Positions 51,498 to 60,127 of a DNA stretch of 64,000 nt are shown here, piece by piece. This stretch comes from Latescibacteria bacterium UBA6620 (lineage in GTDB: Bacteria; Latescibacterota; UBA2968). The translations under genes were made by a program, and so were the position numbers. Under the pieces are notes generated by a model, which ran no database searches, had not been told where the DNA came from, and saw only the letters and a program-made list of their open reading frames with translations. How positions within the stretch are numbered: position 1 is the first letter of the stretch; each line of letters starts with the position of its first letter. The stretch spans positions 2,804 to 66,803 of the forward strand of contig DJHM01000042.1 of the NCBI GenBank assembly GCA_002433075.1, read 5' to 3'.

Positions 51498-51840
51498 ACG
51501 CCACATCGTCGCAAAGACCGAGGAACTGGAACCGGGACATCGGAAGATCATTCGGCTCGGAAACCGTGAAATTGGCGTGTTCAACATCGACGGAGACCTC
51601 TACGGCCTTCGAAATATCTGTCCGCACCGAACCGGCCCCTTGTGCCTGGGCCGCTTGCGTCCCCTTGTAGTACCGATGGAATTCGGTTACGGCCACGAGC
51701 GGGAGAACGAAATCCTGAAGTGCCCCTGGCACCAGTGGGAGTTCGACATCAAAACGGGCATAAGCATCACCGATCCGGACATCCGCGTACGGTCCTACCG
51801 GGTCGAACGTGAAGGAGACAACATCGTCCTCTATGAGTAG
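51481..51840 (+). CDS. Rieske [2Fe-2S] domain protein.
   Basis: CPHRTGPL...CPWHQWEF (CXH...CXXH). 17-nt overlap with the upstream amidohydrolase_2 gene. Confidence 0.75.
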   Translation: MASATKRHIVAKTEELEPGHRKIIRLGNREIGVFNIDGDLYGLRNICPHRTGPLCLGRLRPLVVPMEFGYGHERENEILKCPWHQWEFDIKTGISITDPDIRVRSYRVEREGDNIVLYE

Positions 51841-52636
51841 AAGTCCGTTGAAAGTCGTCCGTGGTCTCCTGTCAGAAATCGGCTTCTCCAGCCTGCTCTT
51901 CGCCTCTCTTCTTCTTCCCTCTGAAGCTCTCGCGCAGTCCCCTGATCGGAACGAGTACGGAAACCCTCCTCCTCAGGTCTTCGAATCCGAAGACCGCGAC
52001 CGTTGGCAGAAACCCGAATGGGTTGTGGAACAACTCGCCATCGTCCCTGGAACGACTGTGGCCGACCTGGGAGCCGGGTCGGGATACTTTACCCGCCAGT
52101 TTTCCCGTGCCGTCGGCCCTTCGGGCAAGGTTCTCGCACTCGACGTCGACCCGACGATGCTGGCGCATATCGCCGAGGACCTGAACGCACTCGAACTGGC
52201 CAACGTCGATACCGTCCTCGTCCCCTTTGACAGCCCGGGACTGCCAGACCGTTCGGTCGATCTGTTGTTCCTGAGCAATACCCTGCATCACATCGAAAAT
52301 CGCACCGCCTATTACCCCCGAATGATCGACGTCCTGCATGAGGGAGGACGCGTTGCCGTCGTCGATTTCTACAAGAAGCCCCTGCCTCTCGGACCGCGAT
52401 CACTGTCCCACAAGCTGGCCAGGTCAGATGTCATTCGAGAGTTCACCTGGGCAGGCCTCCACATCACGGCCGACCTCGAAGACCTGCCGCATCAATACTT
52501 CCTGATCGCCAGTCCCATTCCCCAGTTCCTCAACGCTCGGCTTGTCTCTCAGAATCTGGCCACAGGCGGGCATCGCTCACTTGCAGACCTTCCGCAACCT
52601 GAGCTATCGAACAATTTTGAACCTCAGGCGTCCTGA
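51809..52636 (+). CDS. SAM-dependent methyltransferase with an N-terminal signal peptide. The 3' end is uncertain.
   Basis: VADLGAGSGYFT motif I. The C-terminal 30 aa overlap the next gene by 95 nt and look like read-through. Confidence 0.5.
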   Translation: MKETTSSSMSRSPLKVVRGLLSEIGFSSLLFASLLLPSEALAQSPDRNEYGNPPPQVFESEDRDRWQKPEWVVEQLAIVPGTTVADLGAGSGYFTRQFSRAVGPSGKVLALDVDPTMLAHIAEDLNALELANVDTVLVPFDSPGLPDRSVDLLFLSNTLHHIENRTAYYPRMIDVLHEGGRVAVVDFYKKPLPLGPRSLSHKLARSDVIREFTWAGLHITADLEDLPHQYFLIASPIPQFLNARLVSQNLATGGHRSLADLPQPELSNNFEPQAS

Positions 52637-52946
52637 TGAGGGCAGCGATGAGGAAGGTGTGCAGGTTCGTGCGTTGGGAATGAACTACGTCAACATTCCT
52701 ATCAGAGGCGCCACCATCGCTCCCGATCAACTCGGAGAATTCACGGCGGCATTGACCGATTCTGCCAATTACCCGATGTTGGTGCACTGCGCCAGCGCGA
52801 ATCGGGTGGGCGCGATGTTCTACCTTCATCGTGTGATACACGAGAAGGCTGATAATGCTACCGCGCTGTCGGAAGGGCGGGCAATCGGCCTGAAGCCGAC
52901 GTTGGAACCCGCGTTAACGAAATACCTGAAGGACCATCAACCGTAA
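52542..52946 (+). CDS. DUF442/TIGR01244-like phosphatase-fold protein.
   Basis: ILNLRRPDE...YVNIPI...VHCASANRVG resembles the DUF442 Cys-loop family. Confidence 0.5.
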   Translation: MSLRIWPQAGIAHLQTFRNLSYRTILNLRRPDEGSDEEGVQVRALGMNYVNIPIRGATIAPDQLGEFTAALTDSANYPMLVHCASANRVGAMFYLHRVIHEKADNATALSEGRAIGLKPTLEPALTKYLKDHQP

Positions 52947-52958
52947 CAGGAGGCAAGG

Positions 52959-53885
52959 GTGGAAAACGTAGTTGTTGTGGGGACAGGCTGCGCGGGCTAC
53001 ACCGCCGCGCTCTACACGTCGCGAGCTGGCCTCGAGCCCCTCGTTTTCGAAGGCGATTTACCGAACGGCCAACTTGGCACGACCACCCTGGTCGAGAACT
53101 ATCCGGGGTTCCAGGAAGGGATCGACGGGCCTGTATTGATGATGGATATGCGGGCACAGGCCGAAAGGTTCGGAACACGCTACGAGTACGGGCTGGTCAC
53201 GGACATCGACACGTCAGGTCCTCCCTTCAAGCTCACCATCGACGGCGACCGCTTCGTGGAGACCAAGACCGTCATCATCGCGACCGGGGCGAGTCCACGG
53301 TATCTCGGTCTCGAATCGGAAACCAAGCTCCTGGGCCACGGTCTCAGTTCCTGCGCGACCTGCGACGGCGCCTTCTTCCGCGACCAGGAGCTCGTCGTCG
53401 TAGGTGGAGGCGATACAGCGATGGAGGACTCGCTCTTCCTCACACGTTTCGCCTCGAAGGTGAATGTCGTACACCGTCGCGATGAACTCCGGGCATCCAA
53501 AGTGATGCAGGAGCGCGCGTTCGAGCACGACAAAATCGATTTCATCTGGGACACGGTTGTCACCGATGTCTACGACCCCGATCAGCAGACGGTCACCGGG
53601 GTGCAACTGGAGAACGTCAAGACGGGCGATAAAAGCGACTTCGATTGCCAGGGCGTGTTTATCGCCATCGGTCACGTGCCCAACACGAAATGGCTCGGCG
53701 GCAAGCTCGATCTCGACGAGAACGGCTACATCAAGGTCCAGTCGCCCACGACCTACACGAGTGTCGACGGTATTTTTGCCTGCGGTGACTGTGTCGATCA
53801 CATTTACCGCCAGGCCGTCACCGCCGCCGGCACCGGCTGCGGTGCCGCGATCGACGCAGAGCGCTGGTTGGCAGAGCGCGAGTAG
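52959..53885 (+). CDS. trxB: Thioredoxin-disulfide reductase.
   Basis: Redox-active CATCDG, FAD and NADPH Rossmann motifs. About 308 aa. Confidence 0.9.
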   Translation: MENVVVVGTGCAGYTAALYTSRAGLEPLVFEGDLPNGQLGTTTLVENYPGFQEGIDGPVLMMDMRAQAERFGTRYEYGLVTDIDTSGPPFKLTIDGDRFVETKTVIIATGASPRYLGLESETKLLGHGLSSCATCDGAFFRDQELVVVGGGDTAMEDSLFLTRFASKVNVVHRRDELRASKVMQERAFEHDKIDFIWDTVVTDVYDPDQQTVTGVQLENVKTGDKSDFDCQGVFIAIGHVPNTKWLGGKLDLDENGYIKVQSPTTYTSVDGIFACGDCVDHIYRQAVTAAGTGCGAAIDAERWLAERE

Positions 53886-53887
53886 AA

Positions 53888-54628
53888 ATGTCACTGGACG
53901 CTGAACAGAAGACATTCTTCAAGGAGAACGGCTACGTCGTCCTCCACGACACCCTGACAGAGGATCAGATTCAGGCGGGCGTCGAAGCGATTTGGCCGCA
54001 CCTGGACGCAGACCGTGATGATCCTTCGACGTGGATTGGCGCGGGTCCGATTTCACCCAACTGCGGAGACGACCCGGCCCTGCTCGCCACGCTCTATGAC
54101 TCCTCCGTCTACGAAGCCGCCGAGTCACTCGTTGGCAAAGGCAAACTGACTCGGCCAACCTCTTTCGGCCCGAAGCTCAACTTCCCCACGGGCGATTCGG
54201 AATGGGCGGCGCCCGGTGTCCACCTTGACGGCTACTACACACCGACAAACGGTGTTGCTGAAGGGACCGTCGGCCGGTTCTTCGTCGGCGTGACGATGTA
54301 TCTCAGCCATCAGCATCCGACCGGGGGCGGTTTTACGGTCTGGCCGGGAACGCACCTCCAGTCGGCGGAATACTTCAAGACGAACGCGATGTTGAGTGTC
54401 AAGGGCGGCAACGTCCGCGATGTGTATGAATTGCCCGAACCTGTCGAAGTAACAGGCCCCCCGGGCACGGTCTGTCTATGGCACGGCGGGACCGTGCATT
54501 CAGCTTCGAAGAACTGCCGACCGGACATTCGTTTTTGTATGATCACCCGCCTGAATCACATCCAAAACAGCGACATCCTGTTTGAGTTTCCCGACGACCC
54601 CTGGGCCTACTGGGACGGCATCGACTGA
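53888..54628 (+). CDS. Phytanoyl-CoA dioxygenase (PhyH) family Fe(II)/2-oxoglutarate oxygenase.
   Basis: FKENGYVVL N-terminus and a H-x-D...H facial triad (HLDGY...TVHSAS). Confidence 0.65.
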   Translation: MSLDAEQKTFFKENGYVVLHDTLTEDQIQAGVEAIWPHLDADRDDPSTWIGAGPISPNCGDDPALLATLYDSSVYEAAESLVGKGKLTRPTSFGPKLNFPTGDSEWAAPGVHLDGYYTPTNGVAEGTVGRFFVGVTMYLSHQHPTGGGFTVWPGTHLQSAEYFKTNAMLSVKGGNVRDVYELPEPVEVTGPPGTVCLWHGGTVHSASKNCRPDIRFCMITRLNHIQNSDILFEFPDDPWAYWDGID

Positions 54629-54748
54629 GCAGGAACACCGGATACCGGGGTCACCCTGGCGTCAGTCTCCCTGCCCCCCAAGTCTTTTCGTGCATTCCGC
54701 CTGCCTTGTCGTAGCAGTTGACAGGTGTGTTTCGCGGTAGAGTTTTCA

Positions 54749-55516
54749 ATGAACCTGGTATTCAGCCCCACACACTGCCCGAACGCCCAACTCCCCGAGG
54801 CCACCGACCTCGCCAGGCGCGCTGGTTTCGACCGAATCGAGCTCTTCCGTACCTGGACGCAGAGCAGCCCTGTCCATCCGAACTGGTCCGTTCGGATGGT
54901 CAGAGATCAGTTGGATGATGCGGCCTTACAGCTGACCAGCCTCAATATCCGAAACGTTACCGGCCGCAAAGCAGACAGCGACGAGCGAAATCTTCCCTAC
55001 AACCTTCGCCAGATCGAATGGGACATTCATCTCGCCCGAGCCCTCCGAATCAAAACGGCCAACATTAAGGGGGGGCAGCGCACCGATGAGGCGTTGAACG
55101 ATCTGATCGAAGGCGTCAACACACTCCTCGAGCGCGTTCCAGACTTCACTCTCAACCTAGGGAACCATCACGGAAACCGGCTGGAAGGCATCGAGGACTA
55201 CAAGGCCGTGATGCCGAACGTCGACGAACGCGCGCGCGTCCTCGTCGACACCGGCCACCTCCTGAGCGCAGGCCTCGACGTCCTGACCTTTGTCGAAACC
55301 TTCGCCGAGCGCATTGGCCTGGTTCATCTACGCGATCAGAAGGGGGAAACTCCGGTCCCGTTCGGGCAGGGCGACCTGCCGTTTGAGGACGTCCTTCGTG
55401 TTCTGGTCGACGTTGGCTACGACGGCCATCTTGTCGTCGAACTCGAACACGCGACCTGGGATCTCCCTGTGCGGGCGGCCGTGGACGCTCGTGACTTCGT
55501 GCAGTCACTTATCTGA
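54749..55516 (+). CDS. Sugar phosphate isomerase/epimerase (xylose-isomerase-like TIM barrel).
   Basis: AGFDRIEL...HLRDQ...VVELE motifs typical of AP-endonuclease-2/TIM-barrel proteins. The start is set at MNLVFSP. Confidence 0.65.
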   Translation: MNLVFSPTHCPNAQLPEATDLARRAGFDRIELFRTWTQSSPVHPNWSVRMVRDQLDDAALQLTSLNIRNVTGRKADSDERNLPYNLRQIEWDIHLARALRIKTANIKGGQRTDEALNDLIEGVNTLLERVPDFTLNLGNHHGNRLEGIEDYKAVMPNVDERARVLVDTGHLLSAGLDVLTFVETFAERIGLVHLRDQKGETPVPFGQGDLPFEDVLRVLVDVGYDGHLVVELEHATWDLPVRAAVDARDFVQSLI

Positions 55517-55523
55517 GCATCGG

Positions 55524-55880
55524 TTGAACACCCTCGGCAACCATCTCCTCGTCGAACTTTACGACTGCCCTCAGGACCGCCTGAACGACGCACCTTTTCT
55601 GGAGCGTACTCTCGAAGACAGTGCCAGGGACGCCGGAGCCACCATCGTCATCTCATCCTTCTACCCGTTCTCACCTCACGGCGTGTCAGGCGTGGTCGTC
55701 ATTACCGAAAGCCACCTCGCCATCCACACGTGGCCCGAGCGCGGCTACGCTGCTGTCGACGTCTTCACCTGCGGCGACGCCGTCGACCCTCGCTCGATTG
55801 CCGAAGCCATCGTCATTGCTCTGGGTGCTAAACGCCACGAAATCATATCCCAACCAAGGGGCGAGTTCGGCAAGCTCTGA
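55524..55880 (+). CDS. speH: S-adenosylmethionine decarboxylase proenzyme (class 1b).
   Basis: LGNHLLVELYDC...GVSGVVVITESHLAIHTWPERGYAAVDVFTCGD aligns with Bacillus SpeH, including the ESH self-cleavage site. Putative TTG start. Confidence 0.8.
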   Translation: MNTLGNHLLVELYDCPQDRLNDAPFLERTLEDSARDAGATIVISSFYPFSPHGVSGVVVITESHLAIHTWPERGYAAVDVFTCGDAVDPRSIAEAIVIALGAKRHEIISQPRGEFGKL

Positions 55881-55985
55881 TACACGGACGGTATTCAGCT
55901 GGCGACCAGCTGGAAGGTTGGCCGCGTGTGCCGCTGGCCTAGCAGCGGGGATGTAGCGCCTGCCCTGAGTAGGAGCGCAGCTCCG

Positions 55986-56034
55986 TATCGAAGGGAGGGC
56001 CGCGTGCTGTGGCAGTGAAGCGCACCCCTCAATA
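55986..56034. repeat. Intact copy of a roughly 50-nt sequence. A second copy is split by the GIY-YIG gene.
   Basis: gtatcgaagggagggccgcgtgctgtggcagtgaagcgcacccctcaata. Its left half recurs at about 56128-56153 and its right half at 56479-56501. Confidence 0.55.
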
Positions 56035-56167
56035 GCTTTCCCATCGGTTTTCTGCGAACGGTACTGTGTCCGACAATGACCTTGCTCAAAGGGTGACCGT
56101 GTGCACGAGTGTCCTCGTTGCGAAATGGCGGAGATGTATCGAGGGCCGCGCACTGTGGCGAAGATCT

Positions 56168-56464
56168 ATGGCCTTCTATGTCTATATGCTCCTCTGCTCT
56201 GACGGTTCCTACTATACGGGCCACACGGACGCGATAGACACCAGGTGGGGACAACACAGGGCGGGCGAAGGAAGTCAGTACACGAAGAGTCGCCTGCCTG
56301 TGAAGTTGGTATGGGTGGGAAATTTCCCCACGCGGGAACAAGCCAAAGACTTCAAACTCAAGCTGAAGAAGTGGAACAGCGCAAGAAAGCGGTCCTGGCT
56401 GCCGGCGATGATGACGCGTTGTTGGAAGCAGCTAAAAAGTACGGGTGGGAAACTTACAGGATGA
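56168..56464 (+). CDS. GIY-YIG nuclease-superfamily protein (YhbQ-like).
   Basis: FYVYMLLCSDGSYYTGHTDAIDTRWGQHRAGEG...KSRLPVKLVW. About 98 aa. It is flanked by halves of a duplicated sequence. Confidence 0.65.
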   Translation: MAFYVYMLLCSDGSYYTGHTDAIDTRWGQHRAGEGSQYTKSRLPVKLVWVGNFPTREQAKDFKLKLKKWNSARKRSWLPAMMTRCWKQLKSTGGKLTG

Positions 56465-56588
56465 GAAAGCGAATCAAGCAGTGAAGCGCACCCCTCGATA
56501 CACCCCGGTCTTCGACCGGCATACTCGGGGACGAGGATGACCGCGTGCGCGGCAGATCGCCTCAAATAACCTCCCTTGGAGACCCGCG

Positions 56589-57611
56589 ATGCGTATCGGT
56601 GTAATCGGTACTGTCGGCCATCTTAACTACGTGCTCAATGGAATCCCCGTTCTCGACGGTGTCGAACTGGTCGCCGCGGCCGCGGGCACGCCTAACGAAG
56701 ACCTTGGTCGAATTCGAGCGCATAACGCGTTCTCAGACGAAACCATCTTCTACGACGACTGGATGACGATGTTGGACAAGGCCGATCTCGAGATTGTGGC
56801 GGTCTGCCGGCCGTACCCGATGAACGCCGAGGCCACCATCGCCGCGCTCGAACGAAACATTCACGTCGTCACCGAAAAGCCTGTCGCCACGACGTTCGAC
56901 ACCCTGAACAAAGTGGAGGAAGCACGAGCCGGAAGTAGCGCCAGGCTCACCACGATGTTTGGAATGCGGTTCGAACCCGCGTTCCGTGCGGCCAGGAAGG
57001 CTGTCGAAGACGGACGGATCGGTGAACCCGTACTCGCTGCGGGGCAAAAGTCTTACAAGTTCGGCAACCGACCCGAGTTCTTCAGGAATCGTGACACGTA
57101 CGGCGGATCGATCCTTTGGGTGGGCATTCACGCCGTGGACTTCGTGCGGTGGGTTTCCGGACTGGACTACACTCTGGTTACCGCACTGCACGGAAACGCT
57201 GCACATCCGGACTACCCGGGCTGCGAAGATCACGGAGGAATCCTCTACCGCTTCGCGAACGGCGGTACTGCCGTCATCAATCTCGACTACCTCCGCCCGG
57301 AAGGGGCCCCGACCCACGGTGACGACCGCCTGCGGATTGCCGGTACCGAGGGTATCGTTGAAGTCATCGATGCGGGTAGCCGTGCGGTTCTACTTCGCGG
57401 TGGGGCCACCGAGGATCTCCCGCTCGCGGAGTCCGTTAATCTACTCGTGGATTTCGTCGGCGACCTCCGGGGCGGCCCCTCCCACCTGATCGAACCCTAC
57501 GAAGCCACTTATGTGACCCGCCTTGCCCTGATGGCGCGTGAAGCCGCAGACCGGGGTAAGATCCTTTCTCTTCCGACACCGCCCGGTCAATCGAAAGTTT
57601 TCGGCCAGTAA
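56589..57611 (+). CDS. Gfo/Idh/MocA-family NAD(P)-dependent oxidoreductase.
   Basis: N-terminal Rossmann fold (MRIGVIGTVGH) and a C-terminal alpha/beta domain. Confidence 0.75.
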   Translation: MRIGVIGTVGHLNYVLNGIPVLDGVELVAAAAGTPNEDLGRIRAHNAFSDETIFYDDWMTMLDKADLEIVAVCRPYPMNAEATIAALERNIHVVTEKPVATTFDTLNKVEEARAGSSARLTTMFGMRFEPAFRAARKAVEDGRIGEPVLAAGQKSYKFGNRPEFFRNRDTYGGSILWVGIHAVDFVRWVSGLDYTLVTALHGNAAHPDYPGCEDHGGILYRFANGGTAVINLDYLRPEGAPTHGDDRLRIAGTEGIVEVIDAGSRAVLLRGGATEDLPLAESVNLLVDFVGDLRGGPSHLIEPYEATYVTRLALMAREAADRGKILSLPTPPGQSKVFGQ

Positions 57612-57648
57612 CATCTGATTGGGCCCACCGTGCAGAAGCAGGCAAAGA

Positions 57649-57682
57649 GAAGCGAGGCCCGGTATGTCCATGGCCTCGCTTC
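57649..57682. terminator. Bidirectional intrinsic terminator between two convergent genes.
   Basis: Perfect 11-bp stem gaagcgaggcc/ggcctcgcttc with a 12-nt loop. It is T-rich on the minus-strand side. Confidence 0.55.
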
Positions 57683-57708
57683 AGTATCCAAATGCGTTCG
57701 CGTAATCC

Positions 57709-58845
57709 TTACTTCCTCGGCACGATCTCGATAGGATACTCCGAGAGATTCTCGATGCCGTCTTCGCCGATGTAGAATGTGTTCTCGAGCCGTATTCCGA
57801 AGTTGAGCTCCTCGTTGTAGGCCCCAGGCTCACAGGAGAAGACATTCCCGACCTCGAAGATTCCCTCCCGATCTCTGTTCAGGTCCGGCATTTCGTGGGG
57901 CCGGATCCCGACAGCGTGCCCGGCGTGATGGATCAGTCCTACATCGACGAACTCGGGGATCTCCCGAATGCGGGCGTCGATCGTCCGAAACAACTCGGTC
58001 CCCCTCCCACCCGGTTTCACCAAATCCGGAACGTCCTCCAGGATGCCCTTGATGTGGTCGAAGACGCGTGCCTGAAAATCGGTCGGGTTTCCGTCCACCG
58101 CCCACGTGCGGCATAGATCCGACCAGTAACCGCGGTAGCACGTGTGGGCATCGATAGGGTAGAGTTCGCCCGCCTGGATCTCGTGGTCGCGGGCCCAGCC
58201 TCCCATCTCTGCGGCCTGGTAGTCGCCCCCGTGGAAAATGTTCTCGCCTACGGCCTCACGTGCGGCCAATTGACCTGCCGACAGAACCTCGAGCTCATTC
58301 ACACCCGGAGCCATCACCTTCTGTGCCGCAGTGTAAGCGGCGAGCCCGGCCTGCGCCGCCTTGCGCAGAAGGGCCAGCTCATCCGGGTCCTTCTTCTTTT
58401 GCAGATCCCGGATCATTCCGTCCACCGCGATCCACGTAGAGGGCCCAACGGCGTTGGCCACGGTATCGGCGAGGAGCTTCGGCGTGGCTTCTTCCTGGTA
58501 GCCAACCGTTCCCACCGCGGACTCTTCTGCGATTCGACCACGGACTGCCTCGTTAAGACACACCGTCAGGTCGGGATTCATCGTATACAGTTCGTTCCAG
58601 CCGTAAGTGACACGTTCGTCGACGAGTGCGGGGCCGTCTTCGACGTGAGACGCGAGCCAGCTCCCCCCTTCCGTCTTGAAGTAGAGCAGCGAGGGAAACG
58701 GAAACGACGGATAGTTACACAGAAGCTCGCCCGTCAGATAGTAAATCTCCCTTTGGTCCGTGATCACTGCGACGTCGATCCCATCCGCAGCCAGGGCAGC
58801 CCTGAGCCGGGCCTGACGATCTTCGCTCCCTTCTCGCGTCAACAT
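57709..58845 (-). CDS. M24-family metallopeptidase (Xaa-Pro aminopeptidase/prolidase-like).
   Basis: Pita-bread fold with metal ligands HHAGHAVG...FSCEPG..., and a creatinase-like N-terminal domain. Confidence 0.8.
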   Translation of the reverse strand: MLTREGSEDRQARLRAALAADGIDVAVITDQREIYYLTGELLCNYPSFPFPSLLYFKTEGGSWLASHVEDGPALVDERVTYGWNELYTMNPDLTVCLNEAVRGRIAEESAVGTVGYQEEATPKLLADTVANAVGPSTWIAVDGMIRDLQKKKDPDELALLRKAAQAGLAAYTAAQKVMAPGVNELEVLSAGQLAAREAVGENIFHGGDYQAAEMGGWARDHEIQAGELYPIDAHTCYRGYWSDLCRTWAVDGNPTDFQARVFDHIKGILEDVPDLVKPGGRGTELFRTIDARIREIPEFVDVGLIHHAGHAVGIRPHEMPDLNRDREGIFEVGNVFSCEPGAYNEELNFGIRLENTFYIGEDGIENLSEYPIEIVPRK

Positions 58846-58992
58846 TCTCTGCCTCCTGTAGCCGGCCGTTTAGGCCGGTGAATTGACTCGGTCTGCAAAT
58901 GTCCTTACCTATTGCCCGATCCCGCTGAATGATAGACGACAACCCGCGACACTCAAAACGTTTTGCCGTCCGACAACCCTGTAGGAGCACAT

Positions 58993-60051
58993 ATGCCAGG
59001 TGGAAAGAAAGTTCGTATCGCCATCGTTGGAATGGGTATCGGCAAACCGAATGGCCGAGCCCTTTCGGGTCATTCAAAAGGTGAGGTCGTCGCCCTGTGC
59101 GACCTGGATTCAGACCGGATGACCGAGTTCGCGAAAGAACTGCCCGGCGACCTGAAGTTCTACACGGACTATAAAGCGATGTGCAGGGATCCCGAGATCG
59201 ACGCAGTGTTTGTCGGTACACCCAACCAATGGCACGTCCCGGTCGCCCTCGAGGCGATCAAGCGGGATAAACACGTCCTGGTCACGAAGCCTCTGGCCGA
59301 TTCCGAGCGGGCGGCGAAGCGACTCGTCAAGGCTGCGGAGGCGTCGGGCGTAGTGAATATGATGTCGCTCTCGACACGATTCGGTCCGGCCTGCAGTTAT
59401 CTGAGCAAGCTGTCACGGGAGGAGTATTTCGGCGAACTTTACTACGCGCGCGCCCGGAGTGTTCGAAGAAGCGGGATCCCGGCCTGGAACCTCGGCTTCA
59501 TACGAGAAGGCGGAGGTGCGTTCCGGGATATGGGGGTCCACGTGCTCGACGCGGCCTGGGCGATCCTCGGATTCCCGACTCCCGAGACCGTAACCGGTGT
59601 CGCCGGTGCGAAATTCGGGCCTCGAGGGATTCACTATCTGAGAACCGGGTCCGTCCCTCGATCCGTGGCCCGCCAATTCAAGGCCGACGACTACGCCGGA
59701 GGGTTCATTCGGTTCGAAAACGGGATCGGGTTGCAGATCGAAAGCTTTTGGGCATCTCATCAACCGGGAGAGTTCCAGATCGAGCTGTTCGGAACAGACG
59801 CCGGCGCCACGCTTTCGCCTCTGACACTCTTTCGGAGTGACGGACAGACTCCCTTGAACACAAGCGTCGACCTGCCGCGAGGAGGCGAGGCCAGTTGGAA
59901 CGCCATCGCCGACCACTTCATCACATCTGTCCTCGAGGGAAAGCAAGCCAGCGCGCCCCTGCGTCACGGGTTGATCGTCCAGCAGATGATGGAAGGGCTC
60001 CTGAAGAGCGCCAACGACGGGAAGGAACTCAGGCTGAAGATCGATCCTTGA
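58993..60051 (+). CDS. Gfo/Idh/MocA-family oxidoreductase.
   Basis: KVRIAIVGMGIGK Rossmann fold. EVVALCD...VFVGTPNQWH typical of this family. The start is set at MPGGKK. Confidence 0.75.
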   Translation: MPGGKKVRIAIVGMGIGKPNGRALSGHSKGEVVALCDLDSDRMTEFAKELPGDLKFYTDYKAMCRDPEIDAVFVGTPNQWHVPVALEAIKRDKHVLVTKPLADSERAAKRLVKAAEASGVVNMMSLSTRFGPACSYLSKLSREEYFGELYYARARSVRRSGIPAWNLGFIREGGGAFRDMGVHVLDAAWAILGFPTPETVTGVAGAKFGPRGIHYLRTGSVPRSVARQFKADDYAGGFIRFENGIGLQIESFWASHQPGEFQIELFGTDAGATLSPLTLFRSDGQTPLNTSVDLPRGGEASWNAIADHFITSVLEGKQASAPLRHGLIVQQMMEGLLKSANDGKELRLKIDP

Positions 60052-60127
60052 GCCTGGACAGCACCCCCTTCAATATCCTCCGAACATCGGCCAGGCTTGC
60101 CTGGATCTCATCCTTAAAGGGACTGCA

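Noticed and set aside
55895-56341. 148-aa minus-strand ORF antisense to the GIY-YIG gene
   Set aside because: It overlaps the repeat copies and the GIY-YIG ORF and has no domain, so it is a shadow ORF.
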